A stretch of 63,904 nt of DNA, filler included, from Saprolegnia diclina VS20 (Eukaryota), in the NCBI RefSeq assembly GCF_000281045.1. It is 9 parts of 3 records of this genome, joined end to end, with 100 filler letters (N's around TTAATTAATTAA, not from the genome) between each part and the next. Parts side by side here need not be neighbours in the genome. Positions count along the whole stretch, not along the records: positions 1 to 6,568 come from NW_008246093.1; positions 6,669 to 24,238 come from NW_008246093.1; 7 more parts are not named here. The stretch is one strand, 5' to 3'. Shown piece after piece: positions 1 to 10,739 of the stretch. How positions within the stretch are numbered: the first letter of the stretch is position 1; each line of letters opens with the position of its first letter. The position numbers and the translations under genes are program-made. The notes beneath the pieces are model-generated. The model was given only the letters and a program-made list of their open reading frames with translations. It was not told the origin of the DNA and searched no databases.

Positions 1-231
1 AAGTATTGGGCAGCCTCCATGGTGTGTTGGGTGTTGAATCACGTGACTCGGTTGATCGTGTCATGCAATGACACTATTCACTGAATGATACGTACATTAT
101 TTTCTACTTCAACATACATTATTTCTAGAACCTTAGAGTTTATCTTATAGTATGATTACCCACAATATTACATTAATTCACTTTTTCACACTATTCACGT
201 CGCCGTTGTAACAGCAGAAGATCGCACAGTG

Positions 232-2265
232 ATGCAAGCAGCAAGCTTTGGCGACGTCGTCTTCGCACTGCCCCACGTCGCAGGCCTCGTCTTCGCCTAC
301 CAGCGTGGGCTCTACGAAGACGTTCGCGACCGGTTCCGGGACTACGAAGGCCTTGTCGAGCTGCATGGCACCGGCGACAGGTACATGCTGGACGTGGCCT
401 TTAGCACGTCGCTCGCACGTGCGCCCGCGGCGCTGAGCACATGGCGGCTCTGTCTGCGCGCCAACAAGAAGCGCGATCCTCGCTTCCCACTGCATGTCGC
501 TGTGTGCGAAGGCGACGCCCGCGCCACGCTGCGCATTCTCGCGTGCCGCCGGGACCTCGCGTCCGCCGGTGCCATCGTCGCCGCGCTCCTGCATGACCGC
601 TTGGACATTGCCGAGCTGCTCTTGGACCTGCGCGCAAGCGCATTGCCAGAGCTCTGGTCCAACCCGTCGCGGATTCCGTTCTTTGAGCTCCTTCCCGACC
701 TCGCTCTGCCGTTCGCGCAGCGGGACGACCCAACGGCGTTGGCACTCTTTCTCCGGCTCCGCGATGACGCATGGCCGCGCGATCTCGTGCGCGACGTTCT
801 GCGCTCGGGCCATGCCCACAGCGTGGCCCACGTACTACAACACGTACCGTACGCAGCATGGCGCAATGACATTGCCGCCAGCAGCCTGCGTCTCAAGCCG
901 TACCTCGCACAGCTTGATTTGCGCAGCGGCCGCGCTTCGCCTCTCACGCTCGACCGCGCGGCCGCCAGCGGGTACTTGGACGTAGTGGAGATGCTGCTCG
1001 CGCAAGCGCCTGCCAATAGCACTGTCCAGCGCGCCCTCGAGCTCGCGGCCGCCAACGGCCACCGCCGCGTTGTCGAGTGCCTCTATGCACGAGGTGCTAG
1101 CAGTGTGCAGGCGCTCGATGCTGCGGTCGCCAACGGCCACGTGCTCGTCGCGCGGTTTCTTCTGGTGCACCACGTCGACGGCGCCTCGTGCTCGGCCATG
1201 GACCGGGCAGCCGCGAATGGACACACTGCGATGCTCCTGGCTCTCGATGCCCTCGGTGTCTTGCGCTGGACCCATGCGGCACTGGAATCGGCGGTAGTCA
1301 ACGGCCACGACGATGTCGTGAGCTTTCTTTTGGCCCACAGTGGATGGCAGGGCTGCCAACGAGACAGCGTCCTCGTCGCGCGGGCCATCGAGGCTGGCCG
1401 TGCTCGCCTTGCGGCGACCTTGCTAGCGTCCGGTCTCCCCTTCCCAAACCCTGCGCGTTTTTCGCTGAGCCGGTCGCTACGCGGCCGCGAGGCTCTCGAT
1501 ATGCTCACGCTTCTGCTATCGCACAACGTCCCGCTGACGGTGGCGGTCATGGACGACGCATGCGCCTCGGGCAACCTCGCGCTCGTGATGCAGTTGCACG
1601 TCCACTCGACGGCCGGGTGCACACATAGAGCGCTCGAGAAGGCTGCACACGCACAGGCGTGGCCGATCGTCCACTTTCTCTTGGACCATCGCAAGGAAGG
1701 CGGGACGCCACGGACCGTGCAGATCGCGCTCCAGCACGATAGAGTCGATGTGCTCACGCGGCTCTTGCGCACGCAGCCACATCTCTTCTCTGATAAGCTC
1801 GTCCGGAGCGCGCTCGAGTCGGAGGCGCCGCTCGCGTCGACGGCGCTGCTCTTGGAGGCTGGCTTTGGTACACCGAGGGCGCTTTTGCTGCGCTATGGAG
1901 GTCGCCGCCATACGGTGACGAGAAGCAAGATGCTGCTGCCGTACTGCATGCACGCCTCCGATGCCTACGGCAACCTGACGTTTCTTCTGAAGCTCGTGCT
2001 TCAACCCAGCCACCATCGACCGACGATCCTCAACTTGATCTCGCACGAGGTCGAGGTCCAAGGCTGGGCAGTCGCCAACGCCGTGACTAATTTTGATGAC
2101 AGAGCACTGGCGGCTCGATTGAAGCGGCTGTTGGTGTCGGGCGACCGCATTGACTGGGCGCTTGGTCTTGCCGTGATAGGGCAGCACACGCTTGCTCGCA
2201 AGACGCACCCCCACGCAGCCTGGATGGACCATGTCAAGGACCCAGAGCTCAGGACGCTGCTGTAA
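232..2265 (+). CDS. Ankyrin-repeat protein, array family copy 1 (intronless, more divergent)
   Basis: 678-aa ORF (ATG at 232) with repeats LDRAAASGYLDVV, LELAAANGH, MDRAAANGH. Shares N-terminal VFAYQxGLYEDVR/RFPLHVAV and C-terminal LLPYCM..DWAL..DPEL blocks with the neighbours. Confidence 0.85.
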   Translation: MQAASFGDVVFALPHVAGLVFAYQRGLYEDVRDRFRDYEGLVELHGTGDRYMLDVAFSTSLARAPAALSTWRLCLRANKKRDPRFPLHVAVCEGDARATLRILACRRDLASAGAIVAALLHDRLDIAELLLDLRASALPELWSNPSRIPFFELLPDLALPFAQRDDPTALALFLRLRDDAWPRDLVRDVLRSGHAHSVAHVLQHVPYAAWRNDIAASSLRLKPYLAQLDLRSGRASPLTLDRAAASGYLDVVEMLLAQAPANSTVQRALELAAANGHRRVVECLYARGASSVQALDAAVANGHVLVARFLLVHHVDGASCSAMDRAAANGHTAMLLALDALGVLRWTHAALESAVVNGHDDVVSFLLAHSGWQGCQRDSVLVARAIEAGRARLAATLLASGLPFPNPARFSLSRSLRGREALDMLTLLLSHNVPLTVAVMDDACASGNLALVMQLHVHSTAGCTHRALEKAAHAQAWPIVHFLLDHRKEGGTPRTVQIALQHDRVDVLTRLLRTQPHLFSDKLVRSALESEAPLASTALLLEAGFGTPRALLLRYGGRRHTVTRSKMLLPYCMHASDAYGNLTFLLKLVLQPSHHRPTILNLISHEVEVQGWAVANAVTNFDDRALAARLKRLLVSGDRIDWALGLAVIGQHTLARKTHPHAAWMDHVKDPELRTLL

Positions 2266-2381
2266 CGAATGTGTGCACGGCAACTTCGCAAGGACGCTGC
2301 TGCCGATGCATAGAACCGCGTGCATGGAACCTTCAATGTTTGCTGTACTTGCCTACTCTTGTGTTTGCGGGCGAGTCCTGG

Positions 2382-5199
2382 CTAAAGATGATAGAGCTGC
2401 GCCTTGAGCTCGACGTCCTCGATCCAAGCTGTCTTNNNNNNNNNNNNNNNNNNNNNNNNNNNNNNNNNNNNNNNNNNNNNNNNNNNNNNNNNNNNNNNNN
2501 NNNNNNNNNNNNNNNNNNNNNNNNNNNNNNNNNNNNNNNNNNNNNNNNNNNNNNNNNNNNNNNNNNNNNNNNNNNNNNNNNNNNNNNNNNNNNNNNNNNN
2601 NNNNNNNNNNNNNNNNNNNNNNNNNNNNNNNNNNNNNNNNNNNNNNNNNNNNNNNNNNNNNNNNNNNNNNNNNNNNNNNNNNNNNNNNNNNNNNNNNNNN
2701 NNNNNNNNNNNNNNNNNNNNNNNNNNNNNNNNNNNNNNNNNNNNNNNNNNNNNNNNNNNNNNNNNNNNNNNNNNNNNNNNNNNNNNNNNNNNNNNNNNNN
2801 NNNNNNNNNNNNNNNNNNNNNNNNNNNNNNNNNNNNNNNNNNNNNNNNNNNNNNNNNNNNNNNNNNNNNNNNNNNNNNNNNNNNNNNNNNNNNNNNNNNN
2901 NNNNNNNNNNNNNNNNNNNNNNNNNNNNNNNNNNNNNNNNNNNNNNNNNNNNNNNNNNNNNNNNNNNNNNNNNNNNNNNNNNNNNNNNNNNNNNNNNNNN
3001 NNNNNNNNNNNNNNNNNNNNNNNNNNNNNNNNNNNNNNNNNNNNNNNNNNNNNNNNNNNNNNNNNNNNNNNNNNNNNNNNNNNNNNNNNNNNNNNNNNNN
3101 NNNNNNNNNNNNNNNNNNNNNNNNNNNNNNNNNNNNNNNNNNNNNNNNNNNNNNNNNNNNNNNNNNNNNNNNNNNNNNNNNNNNNNNNNNNNNNNNNNNN
3201 NNNNNNNNNNNNNNNNNNNNNNNNNNNNNNNNNNNNNNNNNNNNNNNNNNNNNNNNNNNNNNNNNNNNNNNNNNNNNNNNNNNNNNNNNNNNNNNNNNNN
3301 NNNNNNNNNNNGCAGCGCGAGCAAGTCCAGAAGAAAGCTGACGTTGTCAACGTGGTGGGTCGGGTCCATGCAGTACGGCAGCAAGAATGTGCTCGTCGTC
3401 ACGTACTGTCGACGACCTACAATCTCGCGAAGGCACTCGCGCGGGTTGCCAATACCGGCAGCAAGGAGGTAGCGCATCGCCTCCATGTTGCCGCGTCCAA
3501 GAGCTACGTGAAGAAGCTCGTCGTCATGGAGCTCGGGCTGACGCTCCAGCAGTTGCGTGACGAGACCGAGATGGCCTGTCACCAGCGCAAAAAGGAGCGC
3601 TTGCTTCAAATCATCCATCGTAACGTGGGCCAGAAGAAAGTGAAGGACGTCCCACGCCTTCCTCTGAATCATCTTCCCGATCGTGAAGGGGCCATAGCGA
3701 CCGCCATTCAGGTGCGCATGTAAGAACTGGACGAGGGGTAGGTTGTTGGCGCAGCACGCGGAAAGCATGTAGCTCCAGTCCAAAGTCCCGCCGTGGACAA
3801 AGTACAGCCGGAGGACGTCAAGCATCTCGGGTTGACTCCACACAAAAGCATGAAATTTCATGTCTTCAGTCGGGCTTGGGTACTGGAGCGAGAGGAAGTA
3901 CTCAGCCGTGCGCAGATGCCCTTGCTCAAACGCCTTTCGAACAACCTTGTCGCGACTGCAGCCTTCGCTTCGGTTGGTCAAGAGAAATGTGACGACCTCC
4001 AAATAGCCACCGGAAGCGGCCGTGTCGACGGCGTCGACAGTGCAGCCAAACGAGCCTTGATGGTGGAGGTACTGGACGACGTCGAGGTGGCCGTTCGCAG
4101 CAGCGCGGTCGAGGATGTTGGGCGACGCACCCTCGGATCGGTGCTCGAGGAGGAAGCGAACAATGCCGAGGTGGCCGTTGCTGATAGCACCGTCAAGCGC
4201 TGCGGTCGTACAGCCTTCGGTCCGGTTCAAATGCAGAAACGTGAGGACCTCCAAATGACCGTTGGTCGCAGCAAAGTCCATGGCGCGTGTGGTGCAGCCC
4301 TCGCTTCGATGCTCATGGAGAAAGCGAACGACCTCCAAATGACCATTGCCCGCCGCCTGATCCATGGCGTCCGTCGAGCACGTGACACCACGTTCGTGCA
4401 GCGAGCGTACGAGCGGCAAGAAGCCTCGGCCCGCAACATCGTCCACGAGACTTGGGTAGTGAAGCCACGGAATGACGTCGAGGGCGAGCGTCACGTTTGC
4501 AAGCGTCGCACGCTGCATGGCCGATCGCATAACCCGTTCGGACAATTGTGCATTGGAATGAGCATCGCGCTCTCGCCGACCTTCAAAGTCGTTGGGGCCA
4601 GCGCCAAAGCGCGCAAGCAAACGCAGGCTGTTGGCGTCATTTTTGGCGAGAAGGTCGACCAAAAACTCCACCGGGAAGCGCCACTTGTAGCCATTCTCTA
4701 CAGCAAAAGACATTGAGTTGAGGATACCAGAATTCTACGTACGCTCACGATGTGCATGGTTCACACTCTTCACCAGCGCAGGCAACGTCGTTCGCAGATC
4801 CAGAAGGACCTCGACCGTCTCCAACTGGCCTTTGATAAAAGCCAAAAGAATGGCGTATTCGGAGGCGAGGTCTGGCCGGCACTGCAGCATGCGCGTGGCC
4901 AGGTGGGCACAGCCGCCGGCAATGGCCACGTGCAGCGGCAGGCGGTCATCACGCACATCGGTGCGCAAAAGGTACTCGGTCCAACGGAATTGCTTGGGAC
5001 CTGCCCACGCACCGCCGCGTGGCGTAAACGCCTCGTACAACGACGCGTCGCACATGTAGAGCTTCGTGCTCGCGTCAAAATCGACGAGCTCCTCGCAGGC
5101 GACGAAGGCTGGACGCACGTCTTCATATAGGCCAGCCTGGTAGCCAAAGACGATCGATGCGATCTCGGGCTGGCCAAGCACGGCGCTGCGGAAGGACAT
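2382..5199 (-). CDS. Ankyrin-repeat protein, copy 2 (2 exons; spans N gap)
   Basis: Exon 1 MSFRSAVLGQPEIAS joins exon 2 in frame via a 45-nt GT..AG intron at 4698-4742. Repeats of type GCTTxAMDxAAxNGHLEV. Presumed C-terminus KTAWIEDVELKAQLYHL* lies across gap 2435-3311. Confidence 0.8.
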
Positions 5200-6254
5200 C
5201 GCAATCTGAAATGAAACACATCCGGATAAACTAGAAGGGAAAAGTTGAACCGATGAGTCCGTTGAACCACACTACGTTTCCGGCGGCATTGGGGTTGGGG
5301 TCGCTCCCTACGCCAGTCCCATTCGCAAAGCTTCGTCCATAGAGATGTATGTACGTCGTTTGATCCGGCATAAACTGCTGAGACTGAATGATGATGGGAC
5401 GCTCTTGTACCGCCACCGGATAACGTTGCGCGGATTGTCAGGATTCCCTTATCTGAGTACATCGTCCGCCTCGATTCGACCCGAGCCCAATATCCTGAAC
5501 CCTACTAGTACCTATATGTTGTACATTTGCAACGTAAACGTTAGATATATTAGTGCTCATGAGAGAGAAGGTGTTTCATTATATCATCAGCAGATGGCCA
5601 TAGTTGTGTGTCCCTGATGGTATAATTTAGTGTCGAAAATATCTGCGTTAGGGTCCACCACACATGTCTTTGTCAACGGGACTGAAATGAGCCGAGACGG
5701 TGTACGTCGGCGCCGAGGGACCCCACAGCAAGGTCAAGCGGTAGGTAGTAGGGTCGATTCGGCCGATCGAGGGCGCAGGAAGGGTCAAGATTTGGTCTCT
5801 TGAGCTGCGGAGATAGTACGTTGATTTTGGGATGCCATGCATGCATCACAATTTTGTGAGGATGATGCTGCCGACGTGGCGTCAAATCGTACTTGAACAA
5901 CAGCTCCAACACAAAATCATCGTGGCTTTACAGGCTTTTCTATTTTCCCTAAATCGTTGTTGCCAATCGAGTGCTCCACGTCAAGACACCCAACGAGGTA
6001 GCACTAGTTGCGTTGTGCTTGGTAGATCCTTGGCCGCCCGCCACGTTGATGGCATCTGTCGAGCAGTTGAGGCCAACTGAGTTGAGGCCGCGTCCATGGA
6101 GCGAGCGTACGATGGGCGACAAGAAAACCTTGTCCGCACTATCGTCCAAGATTAAGGGGTAATAAAACTTTGGGAAAATTGAGTGCAAGCGGTGCTTTTT
6201 GCATCAATTTCAATGCATAAATGCGGTCCGCCCGCTCTTTTGGCTATGAAGGAG

Positions 6255-7335
6255 CTAGTACATCGCTTGCGCAGCGCAGCGCTTGCGTTTGCTATACCGG
6301 AGGCGATCAATCTGCGCCTTGAGCTCGACGTCCTCGATCCAAGCTGTCTTTGCCTTGAGTTGTTCGATGGAGGCTGTCGTGTCGGTCGCATGCAAATGGC
6401 CAGTGACAAGAGCCAATGACCAGTCGACAACGTGACCAGCCTCCAGTAGCGTGGACGCACGGACTGCCACATTGGGTGCAAGTTGAACCGTCTGATTGGC
6501 CTTTCGCCCTTGGTCCAGTAGCTCGGGCGTGATCAGCTGCAGCGTTGTCTTGCGGCGGCGGCTCGACANNNNNNNNNNNNNNNNNNNNNNNNNNNNNNNN
6601 NNNNNNNNNNNNTTAATTAATTAANNNNNNNNNNNNNNNNNNNNNNNNNNNNNNNNNNNNNNNNNNNNGTGTAGTCGACGTAGAGGTTTTGGGGACCGGG
6701 AAAGTCGTCGGAGCTCGGGCCAAAGCGCTGCAGCAATGCCACGCCTTTAGTGTCATCGCGCGCCAAGAGCGTATCGAGAAACGGACCTGGGAAGCGCCGG
6801 ATCGAGTGCCCTACATGTCGTGTCATGCGTCATTCGTGAGCCTTCGAGTCAACGTACCCCCAGAACGGTTCGATGAAATCTTGAAGTTGACACGTCGAGA
6901 GAGCTCGGGCATGGTCGCTCGCTCGTTCAGCAGGAACTCGACAATGTCAAGGTAATTTCTCAGAAAGGCCAAGAGGATGGCGTCTTCCGAGGCGAGGTCC
7001 GGTCGGCAGTGAAGTATGCGCTTGGTGAGTGGCAACAAACCCTGGTAAATCGCCATGTGCAGCGGAAGGCGGTCGTCTCGGTATCGAGCGCTTAGAGCGT
7101 ACACCGACGAGGGAACCGGGCCCACAAGACGCCAAGGGCACTCGACGGGAGGCGCAAACGCTTGGCCAAACGACGCGTCGCACTCGTAGCTGCGTTGGCC
7201 AGCGTTAAACTCGACCAACTCATTGCACGCATCGAAGGCCGGGCGCACGTCTTCGTAGAGTCCAAACTGAAACGCAAAGACGATGGCGGCGATATCGGGC
7301 TGGCCGAGGACGGCGCTGGTAAAGGTTGTTGCCAT
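6255..7335 (-). CDS. Ankyrin-repeat protein, copy 3 (5' and 3' ends visible; body in gap)
   Basis: MATTFTSAVLGQPDIAA start, intron 6811-6857, and family C-terminus VVDWSLALV..DVELKAQIDRLRYSKRKR at 6255-6568. The two ends could belong to different copies. Confidence 0.7.
6569..6668. other. Scaffold gap with artificial TTAATTAATTAA linker (also at 24239, 41417, 54319, 55499, 57038, 58672, 62278)
   Basis: Identical 100-bp N44-linker-N44 structure each time; the linker gives stops in all six frames. Confidence 0.97.
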
Positions 7336-7446
7336 CGTACAAATTTGGCGAAACAAGCCTTTGCGTGTGTATAAATGGCACCGAATCTGGACGCGGCGCT
7401 TCACCAGATTTTGCTATCCGGATTTGACGCGCTGCAAATGGAAAGG

Positions 7447-7482
<36 letters not shown>
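7447..7482. repeat. (AGAT)9 microsatellite
   Basis: Perfect tetranucleotide tandem repeat about 110 nt upstream of the copy 3 ATG. Confidence 0.95.
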
Positions 7483-7483
<1 letters not shown>

Positions 7484-7549
7484 CACAAACGTCCATCGTT
7501 TCTTGCGAGGGCAACACCACTCATACTCCAACACCCTAGATTTGTCTTG

Positions 7550-8045
7550 CTCTGCGATTCCTTCACTAGCTTCGCGCTTGCGTTTGCTCGAGCAAGAGCG
7601 CCTTGAGTTCGACGTCGTGGACCAAACTTGTCCAAGTCGGTAGCTCCTTTGCGCTGCCCAGCTCGTCGCTCGTCGTGGAGTAGCAAATGCCAAGCGCCCA
7701 CTCGACAACCTCCCGCGACTCCGAAAGAGGCCAAGCACGCGCCGCCACGCTCAGTGCGAGCTGAATCGTCTCGCTCGCCAGCTGTCCTTGCTTCCTCACT
7801 TCCACTTCCTGCCTCTCGGACACACTCCTCATCGGGTGGGCGGCTCTTCCTCTTCTTCCTCTTTCTCTCTACCGAGTGCTTTACTAGCCCAGCTGCTAGT
7901 TTGTAAAAAAGCTCAGGCGTGGTCAACTGGAGCGTCGTCTTGCGACGGCGGTCGGGCAGCGCGAGCAGGTCCAACAGAAAGAGCATGTTGCCGAGATGGT
8001 CGGTCCCATAAAGGCAGTACTCCAACAGGAGCTTGCCCTCGGTCG
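7550..8045 (-). pseudogene. 3'-only relic of the ankyrin family with an insertion and frameshifts
   Basis: EYCLYGTDHLGNMLFLLDLLALPDRRRKTTLQL, then in another frame QGQLASETIQLALSVAARA..VVEWAL..DVELKAL. No ankyrin repeats or N-terminus. Confidence 0.75.
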
Positions 8046-8177
8046 CGTACTGACGGCACCCTGCGATACCGCTGGCCCGGCTATGGATCAGTGAGCAAGA
8101 GGGGCGAGACAGGGCAACGTTTTATGCATGCATGACGGTCAAGTTCTTTTAGTGAATGGAAAAGCCACATCGCTTGC

Positions 8178-10369
8178 TCAGCGCTTGCGTTTGCTGACGA
8201 GGAGGCGATCGAGCAGCGCCTTGAGCTCAGCGTCCTCAACCAATGCCGCTTTTGTTTCGAGTTGTTTGGTGGTGATTGTGGCGTCAGTTGCATGGAGGTG
8301 GCTGATCACAAGAGCCAACGACCAGTCGACAACGTGACCAGCCTCCTGTAGAGTCGATGCACGGACTGCCACATTGGGTGGGAGTTGAACCGTCTGATTG
8401 GCCTTTCGCCCTTGGTCCAGTAGCTCGGGCGTGATCAGCTGCAGCGTTGTCTTGCGGCGGCGGCTCGACAGCCCGAGCAGGTCCAAAAGAAAGCTGATGT
8501 TGTCAAGATACTTGACTGCGTGCATGCAGTGCGGCAGCAAGAGCTTGCTTGCAGTCACGTGCTGTCGACGACCTGCAGTCTTGAGAAGGCACTCGCGCGG
8601 GTTGCCAATGCCGGCAGCGAGGAGGTAGCGCGTCGCTTCCGTGTAGTGGTTGGTCGACGACCATTCGAGAAGGTCGACGTCCTTGCTAAACTTTGGTTGA
8701 CGGCGCAGAATTTGCGTCGCGATATCAAATTGACCACTGCTCAGCGCCTCCTTGAGCGCATCGATTGGGACTTTTGCCGTCGAGTGGGCCAGGAGGTAGT
8801 GCGCCACGTCCCACGCCTCGTGCGCAATGGCTTCTGTGAGCGCCAGGGGATGGCAGAGATCGCCTGCGAGCTCGTGAAGAAAGCGAGCGAGCGGCACGTT
8901 GTTGGTGGCGCAGGCTTCTCGCATCCACATGGCGTCGCGGGAGCCGCCAATGTCGAGAAAGAGTTGTAGGACCTGGACGATCTCTGGCTTGCGGAAAGCA
9001 CTTGGGTCCCAATGCATCTTGGCGGTCACGCACTCGTACCCACGCGAGAGGAGGTACTTGGCCGTCGCGAGATGCCCGTGCTTGAACGCGTTTCGAACCG
9101 TGTAGTAGGACATCTTTTCTTCGGTTTTGTTGGCCAAGAGGAACTTGACGACCTCCAAATGGCCACCGGAGCATGCCTTCTCGANNNNNNNNNNNNNNNN
9201 NNNNNNNNNNNNNNNNNNNNNNNNNNNNNNNNNNNNNNNNNNNNNNNNNNNNNNNNNNNNNNNNNNNNNNNNNNNNNNNNNNNNNNNNNNNNNNNNNNNN
9301 NNNNNNNNNNNNNNNNNNNNNNNNNNNNNNNNNNNNNNNNNNNNNNNNNNNNNNNNNNNNNNNNNNNNNNNNNNNNNNNNNNNNNNNNNNNNNNNNNNNN
9401 NNNNNNNNNNNNNNNNNNNNNNNNNNNNNNNNNNNNNNNNNNNNNNNNNNNNNNNNNNNNNNNNNNNNNNNNNNNNNNNNNNNNNNNNNNNNNNNNNNNN
9501 NNNNNNNNNNNNNNNNNNNNNNNNNNNNNNNNNNNNNNNNNNNNNNNNNNNNNNNNNNNNNNNNNNNNNNNNNNNNNNNNNNNNNNNNNNNNNNNNNNNN
9601 NNNNNNNNNNNNNNNNNNNNNNNNNNNNNNNNNNNNNNNNNNNNNNNNNNNNNNNNNNNNNNNNNNNNNNNNNNNNNNNNNNNNNNNNNNNNNNNNNNNN
9701 NNNNNNNNNNNNNNNNNNNNNNNNNNNNNNNNNNNNNNNNNNNNNNNNNNNNNNNNNNNNNNNNNNNNNNNNNNNNNNNNNNNNNNNNNNNNNNNNNNNN
9801 NNNNNNNNNNNNNNNNNNNNNNNNNNNNNNNNNNNNNNNNNNNNNNNNNNNNNNNNNNNNNNNNNNNNNNNNNNNNNNNNNNNNNNNNNNNNNNNNNNNN
9901 NNNNNNNNNNNNNNNNNNNNNNNNCGCTCATAGAGCTCGGACATTTGCTCCCGGGCGTCCAGCAGCAACTCGACCATCTCGAGGTAATTTCGCAGAAAGG
10001 CCAAGATGATGGCGTCTTCCGAGGCGAGGTCCGGGCGGCAGCGTAGAATGCGCTTGGTCAGCGCAACAACAAACCGTTGTAAATGGCCATATGCAGCGGA
10101 AAGCGGTCGTCTCGGTGCCACTTGTTTAGAGCCAGCGCTGAAGAGGCCATTGGGTCTGTGAGATCGGACGACCATTCGGCGGTGGGCGCATACGCTTGGC
10201 CAAAGGACGCGTCGCACTCGTAGTTGTGCCGGATCGTGTCAAACTCGACGAGCTCGTTGCAGGCGCGGAAGGCCGGGCAAACATCTTCATACAAGCCAAA
10301 CTGAAACGCAAACACAATCGATGCGAGCGCAGGCTGCGCAAGGACGGTGCTGGCGAAGGTCGCGGCCAT
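8178..10369 (-). pseudogene. Ankyrin-repeat protein, copy 4, frameshifted near 10065 (pseudogene or sequence error)
   Basis: MAATFASTVLAQPALAS ORF stops at 10058; homology resumes (LTKRILRCRPDLASEDA) in another frame after 2 extra nt in a TTG run. Ends LLVSKRKR*. Contains gap 9185-9923. Confidence 0.7.
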
Positions 10370-10739
10370 GGCGCGCCAAGTCGGCCAATGGACTGTATCC
10401 GAACGTGGTGCAAAGTCGTTTATCCGGATTTCCAGCGGGAGCGTTAAACTGCGTTAAACCCAACAAAATGCGTAAAAGCACAGGTCAATGAATCTGGATT
10501 CGTGAGGCGATCGCGTTTGTTTCTAATAGCTCGAGGGCGAAATGGAATGTCGGTCGAAGTAGTCGTTGTTGCTTCCATCCGCGCGCTCCTCGTAGTTTCA
10601 AGGCCATCATAAACTGGAAAGTTATATAGTACCGGTAGAGACTTTGACCCATGGTAGTGAGTCCTCTGGCGCGAAATACAACCTTCAACGCACACTTGGC
10701 AACGTCTTGAAGCCAACGAAATCGTGTTGTTTCAACTGC

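Noticed and set aside
2271..3723. ORFs made largely of X residues (also 9012-10046)
   Set aside because: Artefacts of translating through N gaps.
5648..6188. Short ORFs between ankyrin copies, including YPLILDDSADKVFLSPIV, faintly like a PheRS B3/4 segment
   Set aside because: The similarity is too short and is not supported by flanking sequence.
6613..6624. TTAATTAATTAA repeated eight times across the window
   Set aside because: Always centred in a 100-bp N gap, so it is an assembly linker and not a biological repeat or CRISPR-like array.
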